A DNA stretch of 64,000 bases from an uncultured bacterium (lineage in GTDB: Bacteria; Patescibacteriota; Minisyncoccia; Minisyncoccales; RBG-13-42-11). The number at the start of each line of letters is the position of its first letter. Within the stretch, counting starts at the first letter, position 1. The translations under genes and the position numbers were made by a program. Below are positions 50,367 through 61,364 of this stretch, piece by piece. The stretch is from positions 332,073-396,072 of the forward strand of contig CAWBPO010000001.1 of NCBI GenBank assembly GCA_963790795.1, in the 5' to 3' direction. The notes beneath the pieces are model-generated. The model ran no database searches and was not told where the DNA came from. It saw only the letters and a program-made list of their open reading frames with translations.

Positions 50367-51415
50367 AGATTTTCCTTGAGAGAACTGATTAAGGGATCCA
50401 GTGCCCCTTCCATTATTTTTTCAATATTATGGAAGCTTTTTTTTATTCTGTGGTCAGTCACCCTGTTTTGTGGAAAGTTATATGTTCTTATCTTTTCCGC
50501 TCTTTCTGCCTTTCCTATTTGAGTCTTTCTTTCTGCTTTTAATTTCTTTTCTTCTTCTCTGAGCGTTTTTTCCAGTATTCTCGCTTCAAGAATGGATAAG
50601 GCGTTTTCTTTGTTTTGCTGCAAATTCCTTTCGGTTTGGGAAGTGACAACGGTGTTTGTCGGCAGATGGGTAATTCTGACAGCTGTTTCTCTTTTGTTGA
50701 CGTATTGGCCGCCAGGACCTGACGCTTTATAAGTGTCGATTTTCAAGTCGCGATGATTTATTATCACTTTTCCTTTTTTTGGTTTTGGCAATACAGCTAC
50801 AGAAGCTGTTGAAGTGTGCACTCTGCCTGATTTTTCAGTGGTTGGGATTCTTTGAACCCGGTGAACGCCTGCTTCGTTTTTCATATACGGCCAGATTTCT
50901 CCGTCTTTGATTTCAAAAACTATTTCTTTGAAGCCGCCTATTTCACTGGGCCTTGAGTCCAGAACCTTTTGTTTCCATCCTTTTAGCTGAGAGTATTTTG
51001 AATACATTTTAAACAAGTCTGCGGCAAAGAGAGTTGCTTCCTCGCCTCCAGTGCCAGCCCTGATTTCAATAATTATTGCTTTAGATATGTCAGCGCTTGT
51101 TGATGTTTTTTTTTCTTCTAGCAGCATTTTTTGGATTTCCGCTTCCAAATTCTTTAATTTTTCAGTTAATTGGCCTATTTCCGTTTCTGCCAGAGAAGAA
51201 AGTTCTTGGTCTTCCTGGGATTTTAATATCCCTTTGTTTTCTTCAATTTTGTTCTTTAAATCTTCAATTTCTTCATCTTTTTCAATAATTTTTTCAAGAA
51301 AACTTTTTCTTTTAGTCAGTTCTTCAAATTTATCCCAATTTGAAATTAGCCCAGGGTCGCTGAGCTGCTGGAGGAGTTCTTGATATTCTGTTTTCACCTT
51401 TTTAAGGTCTAACAT
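50363..51415 (-). CDS. prfA: Peptide chain release factor 1
   Basis: 350 aa. VQRIPTTEKSGRVHTS (PxT region) and SGPGGQYVNKRETAVRITHLPT. Confidence 0.95.
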   Translation of the reverse strand: MLDLKKVKTEYQELLQQLSDPGLISNWDKFEELTKRKSFLEKIIEKDEEIEDLKNKIEENKGILKSQEDQELSSLAETEIGQLTEKLKNLEAEIQKMLLEEKKTSTSADISKAIIIEIRAGTGGEEATLFAADLFKMYSKYSQLKGWKQKVLDSRPSEIGGFKEIVFEIKDGEIWPYMKNEAGVHRVQRIPTTEKSGRVHTSTASVAVLPKPKKGKVIINHRDLKIDTYKASGPGGQYVNKRETAVRITHLPTNTVVTSQTERNLQQNKENALSILEARILEKTLREEEKKLKAERKTQIGKAERAEKIRTYNFPQNRVTDHRIKKSFHNIEKIMEGALDPLISSLKENL

Positions 51416-51416
51416 T

Positions 51417-51647
51417 TCACTTTTTTTTCTTTCCTTTCAGTTCTTCTTTCTTTGCCAGTCTCTTTTTGAATTTCTGAACCTGTCCCATGGTGTCCATTAT
51501 TTTTCCCTTTCCAGTGTAAAAAGGATGGCAGGATGAACAAACCTCCACTTCAATAAATTCCTTTATCGAGCCAACAGTAAAAACATTGCCGCAGGCGCAA
51601 CGGACTTGAGTATTAGAATAGTATTTAGGATGGATATCTTTTTTCAT
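51417..51647 (-). CDS. rpmE: 50S ribosomal protein L31 (Zn-ribbon form)
   Basis: [10 protein letters not shown]...CACGN...[11 protein letters not shown]. Confidence 0.9.
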   Translation of the reverse strand: MKKDIHPKYYSNTQVRCACGNVFTVGSIKEFIEVEVCSSCHPFYTGKGKIMDTMGQVQKFKKRLAKKEELKGKKKK

Positions 51648-51787
51648 ATATGATAATATTTAAATATCTCTAAAGATATATTAACAAAGCAAAGAATAAA
51701 AATCAACCCTTTGCCTTGATATTAATTTTCAGCCGTGCTATATTTGAAAAATTCAGCCGTGGCTATATTTAAAAACGAATATTTTCC

Positions 51788-52519
51788 ATGACAGAAACAA
51801 AAAAGAAAACAAAACAATCAGATTTCGGCATTGACATTGAGGAAATGACTCAGGCCGGAGTTCATTTTGGGCATAAAGCTTCCAAAGTTCATCCCAAGAT
51901 AAAGCCTTTTTTGTTAGGCGCGAGAAATGCCGTTCATGTCTTGGATTTGGAGAAAACAGCTGAAAAACTGAAAGAAGCTTTGAATTTCATCCAGCAACTG
52001 GTTTCAGAAGACAAGGTTTTGCTTCTTGTCGGAACAAAAGTCCAGATGAAGGAGCCGGTAAAATCAACTGCCAAAGAATGTGGATTGTCCTATGTTTCGG
52101 AAAGATGGCTGGGCGGCACTTTCACCAACTTTGAAATAATTAAAAAAAGAATTGATTATTTCAAGGACTTGGAAAACAAAAAAACTTCAGGAGAATTGGA
52201 AAAATATACCAAGAAAGAAAAAGCAATGGTAGACAAGGAATTGAAAGATCTTGAGATGAAAGTGGGAGGTATTAAAGATTTGGCAAAAATTCCTGACGCC
52301 ATTTTAGTTCTGGACATGCAAAAAGACGCGCTGGCCATAAAAGAAGCAAAGAGTAAAGGTGTTGCAGTAATTGCCATAGCTGACACCAATTCCGATCCCT
52401 CTCTGGCCGACTATCCCATACCAGCCAATGATGATGCCATCAGCTCAATAAAGTATATCTTAGGGAAAGTCAAAGAAGTGATATTGAAGCAAAAATCAAA
52501 AGCTAAAACTCAAAAATAA
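51788..52519 (+). CDS. rpsB: 30S ribosomal protein S2
   Basis: AGVHFGHKASKVHPKIKPF...ERWLGGTFTNF...IAIADTNSDP. Confidence 0.95.
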   Translation: MTETKKKTKQSDFGIDIEEMTQAGVHFGHKASKVHPKIKPFLLGARNAVHVLDLEKTAEKLKEALNFIQQLVSEDKVLLLVGTKVQMKEPVKSTAKECGLSYVSERWLGGTFTNFEIIKKRIDYFKDLENKKTSGELEKYTKKEKAMVDKELKDLEMKVGGIKDLAKIPDAILVLDMQKDALAIKEAKSKGVAVIAIADTNSDPSLADYPIPANDDAISSIKYILGKVKEVILKQKSKAKTQK

Positions 52520-52520
52520 C

Positions 52521-52964
52521 ATGGTTTCCATTGATTTAATAAAACAATTAAGGGAAGAAACAGCTGTTTCTGTTTCTGACTGCAAGAAAGCGCTTGAAGA
52601 ATCAAAAGGGGATTTGGCCAAAGCAAAAGACATTTTGAAAAAGTGGGGAAAGGACTTAGCGGTCAAAAAAGCAGGCAGGGGAACGGAACAAGGGATTGTC
52701 GCAAGCTATATCCATCCGAATAAAAAGATCGGAGTTTTGTTGGAATTGAATTGCGAGACAGATTTTGTGGCAAAAGGCCAGGATTTCCAAAATTTAGCCC
52801 ACGAACTGTGTTTGCAGATTGCCGCGACAAGGGAAGACATTCCTTTGCTGGAACAGCCCTGGGTAAAAGACCAGGCAAAAACCATAAAAGATTTGATTGG
52901 CGATTATATCGCAAAAACAGGAGAAAACATTATTGTTAAAAGCTTTACCAGATACGAGATTTAA
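52521..52964 (+). CDS. tsf: Elongation factor Ts (short 147-aa form)
   Basis: IKQLREETAVSVSDCKKALEESKGDLAKAKDILKKWG (UBA-like N-terminus) and ...LLELNCETDFVAK. Follows rpsB. Confidence 0.85.
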   Translation: MVSIDLIKQLREETAVSVSDCKKALEESKGDLAKAKDILKKWGKDLAVKKAGRGTEQGIVASYIHPNKKIGVLLELNCETDFVAKGQDFQNLAHELCLQIAATREDIPLLEQPWVKDQAKTIKDLIGDYIAKTGENIIVKSFTRYEI

Positions 52965-52970
52965 AAACCT

Positions 52971-53312
52971 ATGTTATCTGTAATTTTTTTCATTGTTTTC
53001 ATTGTCAGTTTGGTGATTTTGACAGTTATTGTTTTCAGAAAAATACCTTTGCTTTTGGAATTGCCAGAGACCGCGTCTTTTCAATTTAACTGGAAAGAAT
53101 GGCTGGTAAAGGTTAGGGATGTTTTACCTGTTGGTAATTTCTCTTTTGAAATCTTTTTGCAGAAAATATTTTCAAAGATAAGGGTTTTGGCTTTAAAAAC
53201 AGACAATAAAACTTCAAACTGGCTGCAAAGACTGAGAAAAAGATCCCAGAAAAAGAAATTTAATGAGGAGGACAATTACTGGCAGGAGATAAAGAATTAT
53301 ACAAAGAAATAA
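52971..53312 (+). CDS. Hypothetical membrane protein, 113 aa
   Basis: N-terminal TM helix (VIFFIVFIVSLVILTVIVF) and a basic C-terminus. No family recognised. Confidence 0.4.
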   Translation: MLSVIFFIVFIVSLVILTVIVFRKIPLLLELPETASFQFNWKEWLVKVRDVLPVGNFSFEIFLQKIFSKIRVLALKTDNKTSNWLQRLRKRSQKKKFNEEDNYWQEIKNYTKK

Positions 53313-53332
53313 TGTTTTACCCTGAAAATTTC

Positions 53333-53403
53333 GCCTCCTTAGCTTAGTGGTGAAGCAGCGGTTTTGTAAACCGCAGACGTCAGTTCGATTCTGACAGGAG
53401 GCT
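53333..53403 (+). tRNA. tRNA-Thr (anticodon TGT)
   Basis: Acceptor GCCTCCT/AGGAGGC, anticodon arm GCGGT-TTTGTAA-ACCGC, T loop TTCGATT. Confidence 0.9.
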
Positions 53404-53430
53404 TGACAAAAGGTTTTTAAAAAGTAAAAT
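53403..53430 (+). promoter_or_regulatory. Consensus-like promoter upstream of the 16S gene
   Basis: TTGACA (53403-53408), 16 nt, then TAAAAT (53425-53430). The -35 begins at the last base of tRNA-Thr. Confidence 0.5.
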
Positions 53431-53536
53431 ATACATAGAGATTAAAAGACAAAGATATGGCTAAAAAGAAAAAGAAGAAAAAATCAGGTTGTTGCTGCGG
53501 TTAAAAAAGCCGTAGAGAAAGAGAATTCGTTGGAAT

Positions 53537-53559
53537 CAGGAATCTCTTCCTGGTTTTTT
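53537..53559 (+). terminator. Terminator-like hairpin in the rRNA leader
   Basis: CAGGAA-TCTC-TTCCTG followed by G and T6. Confidence 0.5.
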
Positions 53560-53686
53560 ATATCTCGTATGGCTGATGGAAGAACCTTGAAAATTGAATA
53601 ACGAAAAGAGTCAGTCCTTCGGCAAACTCAGGACTAATACTGAGCCTGTCGAAGTATCAGTTATTTGAAGTTGTCCCGAATTTATT

Positions 53687-55488
<1,802 letters not shown>

Positions 55489-55682
55489 TCTAATTTTTTA
55501 AATTAGAACAAAGTGTCGGCTGGAGTTGAAGGGGAAGAATTCTCTCTTTGACTCTGAGGTGTTGGCCAACGCACCTTAAAGGTTGGCTTTCGGGACAACT
55601 TCAAGCAACTGAAATAATTAATACGCGTAAGCGTATTTTTTATTTGTTTTTTTTAATTTTTTTGATATACTGAGAATATATT

Positions 55683-55758
55683 GGGCGGCTAGTTCAGTGG
55701 TTAGAACGCTGCTCTGATAAAGCAGAGGTCGAAGGTTCGACTCCTTCGCCGCCCACCA
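55683..55758 (+). tRNA. tRNA-Ile (anticodon GAT), CCA encoded
   Basis: Acceptor GGGCGGC/GCCGCCC, anticodon arm CTGCT-CTGATAA-AGCAG, T loop TTCGACT, 3' ACCA. Confidence 0.9.
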
Positions 55759-55762
55759 AGAT

Positions 55763-55836
55763 GGGCCCGTAGTTCAGTTGGCTAGAACGCCTCATTTGCA
55801 ATGAGGAGGTCAGCGGTTCAAGTCCGCTCGGGTCCA
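55763..55836 (+). tRNA. tRNA-Ala (anticodon TGC)
   Basis: Acceptor GGGCCCG/CGGGTCC with the G3:U70 identity pair, anticodon arm CCTCA-TTTGCAA-TGAGG. Confidence 0.9.
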
Positions 55837-55877
55837 TAAAAGTTTTCCACAGGGAAGCTTTTTTGTTTTCCTTGCAA

Positions 55878-55886
55878 TGCTATAAT
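55878..55886 (+). promoter_or_regulatory. Extended -10 promoter element for the spacer-encoded gene
   Basis: TGCTATAAT. A DnaA-box-like GTTTTCCACAGG lies 27 nt upstream. Confidence 0.4.
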
Positions 55887-55969
55887 GTTTTAATATTCGC
55901 AAACCGAAGCGCATTTAAATTATGTCTTCGGTAAAGGTCGAATAATCTTTAAATTTAAGAATTAAAACT

Positions 55970-56647
55970 ATGGTTTTAGATTGGTATTCAGCAACCATTC
56001 AAGCTTTTCAGCTTCTTTGGCAGGACTTTTTGCAATTTATTCCAGTTTTGCTCGGAGCAATCATATTGTTTGTCATTGGTTGGTTCATTTCAGTCGGCAT
56101 AGGCAAACTGATCACCGAAATCTTAAAGAAACTGAGATTCAACAAGATTTTTGAAAAAGGAGATTGGAAAAACGCCTTGGATAAAGCCGAAATCAAAGTT
56201 GACCCTTCAGGTTTTGTCGGAGCGATCATCAAATGGATTTTGGTTATCGTCTTCTTGCAAATATCAGTGGGAATTTTAGGCTGGACGGATTTTTCCGTTC
56301 TTCTCGGAAAAGTGATTGCTTATTTGCCCAATGTTGTTGTGGCTGCTTTGATTTTCGTAGTAGCTGTTATCGTGGCTGACATTATCCAAAAAGTGGTGGT
56401 GGCAGCAGCAGAAGGCGCAAGGTTTACCTATACAAGAACTGCTGGAGCAATTATCAAATGGGCTATCTGGCTTTTTGCAATTTTGGCCATTCTCAGACAG
56501 CTGATTATTGTTCCTGAGCTCGTTGATGCTTTGTTTGGAGCGTTGGTTTATGGCGTCGTCGCTGTTTTCGTGATTGCTTTTGGTTTGGGCGGCAAAGATG
56601 TGGCAGCGGAATTTCTGCAGGATTTGAAGAAAAAGTTAAAAGAATAA
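55970..56647 (+). CDS. Conserved-TM-helix-repeat membrane protein (MscS-N-terminal-like), encoded between tRNA-Ala and 23S
   Basis: 225 aa with about 5-6 TM helices and repeated GxIIKWxxxxxFLxxxL-type segments (GAIIKWILVIVFL, GAIIKWAIWLFAIL). The family call is tentative. Confidence 0.65.
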   Translation: MVLDWYSATIQAFQLLWQDFLQFIPVLLGAIILFVIGWFISVGIGKLITEILKKLRFNKIFEKGDWKNALDKAEIKVDPSGFVGAIIKWILVIVFLQISVGILGWTDFSVLLGKVIAYLPNVVVAALIFVVAVIVADIIQKVVVAAAEGARFTYTRTAGAIIKWAIWLFAILAILRQLIIVPELVDALFGALVYGVVAVFVIAFGLGGKDVAAEFLQDLKKKLKE

Positions 56648-56690
56648 ATTTGGCGTTTCTTCTCTCAAGGGGCTGGCATTGGCTAGCCTC

Positions 56691-56718
56691 TTGACAGAGA
56701 TTTATATTTTGTTAAAAT
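56691..56718 (+). promoter_or_regulatory. Consensus-like promoter upstream of 23S
   Basis: TTGACA (56691-56696), 16 nt, then TAAAAT (56713-56718), the same hexamers as the 16S promoter. Confidence 0.5.
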
Positions 56719-58906
56719 TGATTTTAGGTATGAGAAACACAAGACAATTCTTAAACAAAGGAAGCAGCTAAAAATTTCTGGGCTTTTTTATGTCTCAGAA
56801 ATCGTCCTGCTTCCAACGGGGCGATTTTTAATTGATTGGAAAGTTCGTTGAAAACTGAATACGTCGTAACCGTCAAAAAAAATATACTCATTTTGTGGTT
56901 ATTAATTGCTAGCTCAGCTTAGCTGGATTTATTTCTAGTTAACTGGGCAATCAATAAATTTTAAAAGCATATGGTGGATGCCTTGGGAGATTGAGGCGAT
57001 GAAGGACGTGGCGTGTCTGCGATAAGCCTCGGGGAGGTGGCTAGCAACCTTTGATCCGGGGATTTCCGAATGGGACAACCCTGCACTGCGAAAAACAGTG
57101 TAACGCATTGTTAAACAATGCGAGCAAACCTGGGGAAGTGAAACATCTCAGTACCCAGAGGAAAAGAAAACGAAGTTAATTCCCTTAGTAGCGGCGAGCG
57201 AAATGGGAAGAAGCCCAAACCCGTTTTTTCGCAAGAGAAAATGGGGGTTGTAAGAAGATAACGTCGGGAGCCGAGTACATAATTTTTTTATGTGCTTGGT
57301 ACCTGAGGGAGAATATTTTGGTAGAGGTTGGTTAGAAGAATCTCTCTGGAAAGAGAAGCCAAAGAAGGTAAAAGCCCTGTATTCGAAAACTCCTTTACGC
57401 TCCTTGTTATTTATCTTGAGTATCTCGAGAAACGATATCCTTGAGAGAAACAGGCCGGACTAACCGGCTAAGGCTAAATACTCAATCTCACCGATAGTGA
57501 ACCAGTACCGTGAGGGAAAGGTGAAAAGTAGGGAGGTGATCCCGGTGAAATAGAACCTGAAACCATCATGCTTACAAAGAGTCGGAGTCCCGCTTGCGGG
57601 ATGACGGCGTGCTTTTTGCAGAACGAGCCAACGAGTTTGACCATACAGCTTGTCTAAACCCTTTTGGGGCGGAGACACAGTGAAAGCAAGCGTTAATAGC
57701 GCATTTTCGTTGTATGTTCAAGACCCGAAGCCAAGCGAGCTTGCCATGGCCAGGGTGAATTCCGGAGAAATCCGGGAGGAGGCCCGAACCCGTGAGCCGT
57801 TCAACACTCTGGGATGAGCTGTGGTAAGAAGTGAAAAGCTAAACGAGCTTGGTAATAGCTGGTTCTCCCCGAAATAGCTTTAGGGCTAGCGGTACCTCAA
57901 TTTTTCTAGAGGTAGAGCACTGGAAGGAACATCGTGGCTTTTGCTAGATATTCCTACCAAACTCCGAATGCTAGAAAAAATTAGTACCAGTAAGACTGTG
58001 GGGGCTAAGCTCCATGATCAAAAGGGAAACAGCCCAGATCTTCATCTAAGGTCCCTAAACTAAGCTAAGTGTTTTTAAGGAAGTGAAGCGCCTATGATAG
58101 TTAGGAGGTTAGCTCAGAAGCAGCTATCCTTTAAAAAGTGCGTAATAGCTTACTAACTAAGGAGTTTTGCACCAAAGATTTATCGGGGCTAAGCTTAGTA
58201 CCGAAGATAAGGCTTTGCATTTTTTTCGAAAAGTGCAAGGGGTAGGGGAGCATTCTTCATTCAGTGAAGCCGAATCGTAAGGTTTGGTGGAGGATGGAGA
58301 AGCGAGAATGTTGGCATGAGTAACCGCAATGCCGCTGAGATAGCGGCACACCGAAAACCCAAGGTTTCCTTGGCAATGAAAATCATCCAAGGGTTAGGCG
58401 ATCCTTAGTCCGTGACCGAAAGGTTAGGATGATGGACAGCCGGTTAATATTCCGGCCCCCAAGCGCATTTCTGAAGAGTGACGCAGTTGAAATTTCCGGG
58501 AAAATTATCGGATTTTTAGACCAGGATTTGTTCTGGTCGTCTCGGAGATCAAGCTGCCAAGAAAAACTCGTAGGGTTAAATGCGTTTGGTCCGTACCGCA
58601 AAACCAACACAGGTGGGTTGGTGTAAACGCACCAAGGTGAACGGGTGAAACCTCGTTAAGGAACTAGGCAAAAAAGTGATCGTAAGTTCGCAATAAGATC
58701 TTCCCGCTTTTAGCGGGACGCAGCGAAAGTACCCCAGGCGACTGTTTACCAAAAACACAGGTCCCTGCTAAACTCGTAAGAGGATGTATAGGGGCTGAGG
58801 CCTGACCAGTGCTGGAACGTTAATCCCGAGGGTGTTTGCCGCAAGGTGAATGCTCATTGGGTGAAGCGCCAGTGAACGTCCGCGGTAACTATAACCGTGT
58901 TAAAGT

Positions 58907-59609
58907 AGCAAATACGCACTGCTTTAGTAAAATCTGGCTATATGCTGGGAACTCTGGAGTATCCGGTACTACTCTGATATAATTAGTTAAGGTAAAGTTA
59001 TACCTTATCAATATGTCAAGTAAAAAAGTATTCGGCGCAGACAATCAGCAGGAAAGGCTTAGATTTATCGGATGGATAGTAGGATTTGTCGATGGAGAGG
59101 GATGCTTCACAGTAAGTTTTTTTAAACATCCTAAATCAAGACTGCGTTTGAAGTGGCAAGTATTTCCTGAGTTTGTTATTACTCAAGAAATAAAAACGAA
59201 AAATGCAGTTGAAAGGATCAAGAAATTATTCAATTGTGGAGCAATCTACCTTAATAAAAGACATGATAATCATCACGAGCATCTCCTGAAATACGTAGTG
59301 AGAAATCGCGAAGATCTGATGAAGAAAATTATTCCATTCTTTGAGAAATATCCATTATTATCTGCAAAGAAGAAAGATTTTCAGATTTTTGCGAGAATTG
59401 TCCGAATGATGAACAAAGGAGAACATCTTAAAGAAAAAGGACTGAAGAAGATACGCTTGATGGTCAGAAAAATGAACAATCGTAAATTCCGATAAACTTA
59501 AGAATCCTCAGAGGCCATACGCCAGACTCGCTGATATTTTAGCGAGAAGATATGGTCCGAACTTCATGGCGACATGAAGAATTCCACAAATGTGGATGTA
59601 ACACAATTG
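58907..59609 (+). mobile_element. Group I intron in 23S (about E. coli position 1931) carrying a LAGLIDADG gene
   Basis: Excision restores TTAAAGT-AGCGTAATCCCTTGCCAGGTAAGTTC (E. coli CTAAGGTAGCGAAATTCCTTGTCGGGTAAGTTC). The exon ends in U and the intron ends in G. P1 forms between exon TAAAGT and intron GCTTTA (58922-58927). S-like GAGAAGATATGGTCC is present. Confidence 0.8.
59013..59495 (+). CDS. LAGLIDADG homing endonuclease (single-motif, I-CreI-like)
   Basis: 160 aa with the WIVGFVDGEGCF motif. Located inside the 23S intron. Confidence 0.9.
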   Translation: MSSKKVFGADNQQERLRFIGWIVGFVDGEGCFTVSFFKHPKSRLRLKWQVFPEFVITQEIKTKNAVERIKKLFNCGAIYLNKRHDNHHEHLLKYVVRNREDLMKKIIPFFEKYPLLSAKKKDFQIFARIVRMMNKGEHLKEKGLKKIRLMVRKMNNRKFR

Positions 59610-60249
59610 AGCGTAATCCCTTGCCAGGTAAGTTCTGGCCCGCACGAAAGGCTTCACGACTTGGGGACTGTCTCAACGAGGCGCCCGGTGAAAACGCAAT
59701 ACCGGTGAAGATGCCGGTTACCTACGGCTAGACGGAAAGACCCCGGGAGCTTTACTGTATTTAGACATTGGATTTTGATTTTGGATGTGTAGTGTAGCGG
59801 GGAGTCCCTCTTTTTGAGGGACGCCAATGAAACACCCGCCTTTCAAGGTCTTTATTCTAATCTCGCTTTTAGCTGGAAACAGTGTTTAATGGGCAGTTTA
59901 AGTGGGGCGCTTGCCTCCTAAAAGGTAACGGAGGCGTTTATTAAGGTCGGCTAGGCACGGATGGAAATCGTGCTCGTCGTGTAAAGGCATAAGCCGGCTT
60001 GACTGCGAGAGGGATAACTCGAGCAGAGAGGAAACTCGAACTTAGTGAACCGACCGTGGTTAGTAGAACCGCGGAAGATCATCAACCAAAAGCTACCCCG
60101 GGGATAACAGGCTGGTAGAGCCCGCGAGTCCACATCAACGGCTCTGTTCGGCACCTCGATGTCGGCTCATCTCATCCTGGGGCTGGAGTAGGTCCCAAGG
60201 GTTTGGCTGTTCGCCAATTAAAGAGGTACGTGAGCTGGGTTCAAACCGT

Positions 60250-60535
60250 CGACTAGAGCTTGTTACTGTTAGCAAGCTAGGCGGCCTGTGATAGTAATAT
60301 CACAGTGAATAAATCGACTCATATCGGTGAATTCCTCACATTACAATCTGTCGTATGTTAGGATAATACCGAGGGAAGTCGTGTACGAAAAAATTAGTAA
60401 AAAGTTCGTATACTGACCCCGTAGAGACTTAACCTTAAATGGTTAGAGCCGCAAAAGAGCGGCTAAAACGTCGATTGCCCAATTTATTTTGGGTAATGGT
60501 ATAGTCCATACATTTAGTAATAAATGAGAAATATG
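60250..60535 (+). mobile_element. ORF-less group I intron in 23S (about E. coli position 2593, peptidyl-transferase region)
   Basis: Excision restores GAGCTGGGTTCAAACCGT-CGTGAGACAGGTTGGTCCCTATC. The exon ends in U and the intron ends in G. P1 forms between exon CCGT and intron GCGG (60279-60282). The core CCGAGGGAAGTCG...CCCCGTAGAGACTTAA...GGTATAGTCC is shared with the 16S intron. Confidence 0.75.
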
Positions 60536-60677
60536 CGTGAGACAGGTTGGTCCCTATCTACCGTAGGCGTCAAGTCTTGAGGAGAGTTCTCCCTAGTACG
60601 AGAGGACCGGGAGGAACTGACCTCTGGTGTACCAGCTGTTCCGCCAGGAGCATCGCTGGGTAGCTAAGTCGGGAACT

Positions 60678-60708
<31 letters not shown>

Positions 60709-60874
60709 AGGATCCAAGATTAGGACTTCTAGATTCCCCGAAGAACACGGGGTTGATAGGCTGCAGGTGTAAGTGCAGCAATGCATTCAGCCGAGCAGTA
60801 CTAATAAATCATTGATTTTTTAATTGCCCTTAAATGCTGGGCTAGTAATTAATAACCGTAAAGCAAAGGGCGTT

Positions 60875-60988
60875 GAGGTGGCGGTAATACTGGAGATGTC
60901 CCACCCGTTCCCATTTCGAACACGGAAGTGAAATTCTTCAAGGCCGATGATAGTGAGTTTTCTTGCGAAAGTAGGTAGCCGCCGCCCC
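60875..60988 (+). rRNA. rrf: 5S rRNA
   Basis: Helix I GGTGGCGG/CCGCCGCC. CCCACCCGTTCCCATTTCGAACACGGAAGTGAAA, GCCGATGATAGTG and GCGAAAGTAGGTAGCCGCC match the 5S consensus. Confidence 0.85.
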
Positions 60989-61000
60989 AACGCCCTTTGA

Positions 61001-61038
61001 AATCAAAAAATCACCTGTTTTTGGGTGATTTTTTGATT
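61001..61038. terminator. 15-bp perfect hairpin, bidirectional terminator
   Basis: AATCAAAAAATCACC-TGTTTTTG-GGTGATTTTTTGATT. U-runs are available in both orientations. It sits between 5S (+) and the acidic ORF (-). Confidence 0.7.
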
Positions 61039-61042
61039 GATT

Positions 61043-61207
61043 CTATTCGTTATCTTTATCCCAATCTCCGTATTCGTTTTCTAGTTCTGAATCGTCTTCT
61101 GAATCTTCTTCTAAGTCCGATGGTTTTTCATCGTCTTCCTCTGGTTCTTCATCATCTTCCTCGTCTTCTAGACAAATTGGGGAGACAAAAAGTTCATCTT
61201 TCATCAT
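61043..61207 (-). CDS. Possible 54-aa highly acidic protein (MMKDELFVSPICLEDEEDDEEPEEDDEKPSDLEEDSEDDSELENEYGDWDKDNE)
   Basis: Below the cutoff of the ORF track. ATG ATG start at 61207 and TAG stop (plus-strand CTA 61043-61045) immediately before the hairpin. No family recognised. Confidence 0.4.
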   Translation of the reverse strand: MMKDELFVSPICLEDEEDDEEPEEDDEKPSDLEEDSEDDSELENEYGDWDKDNE

Positions 61208-61364
61208 GAAAACTTTGAAAAATAGTTAAAACTTTTTGCGGTTGAAAACGACCTTTTTCAATTTCTAAGATTAGTATATTGATGCAAAAAGCCTTGTCAA
61301 TACCGGCTAATTAACAGGTCTTTAAATTTGGAAAATGTCCTGGATTTGTGATAAAATTAATTCA

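Noticed and set aside
53457-53504. MAKKKKKKKSGCCCG mini-ORF as a genuine peptide (RiPP-like or lipidated)
   Set aside because: It has no SD or other translation signal and no neighbouring modification genes. It is recorded only as part of the rRNA leader observation.
60997-61209. 70-aa plus-strand ORF after 5S
   Set aside because: It starts inside and reads through the 15-bp terminator hairpin. It is the Leu/Arg-rich mirror of the more plausible minus-strand acidic ORF.
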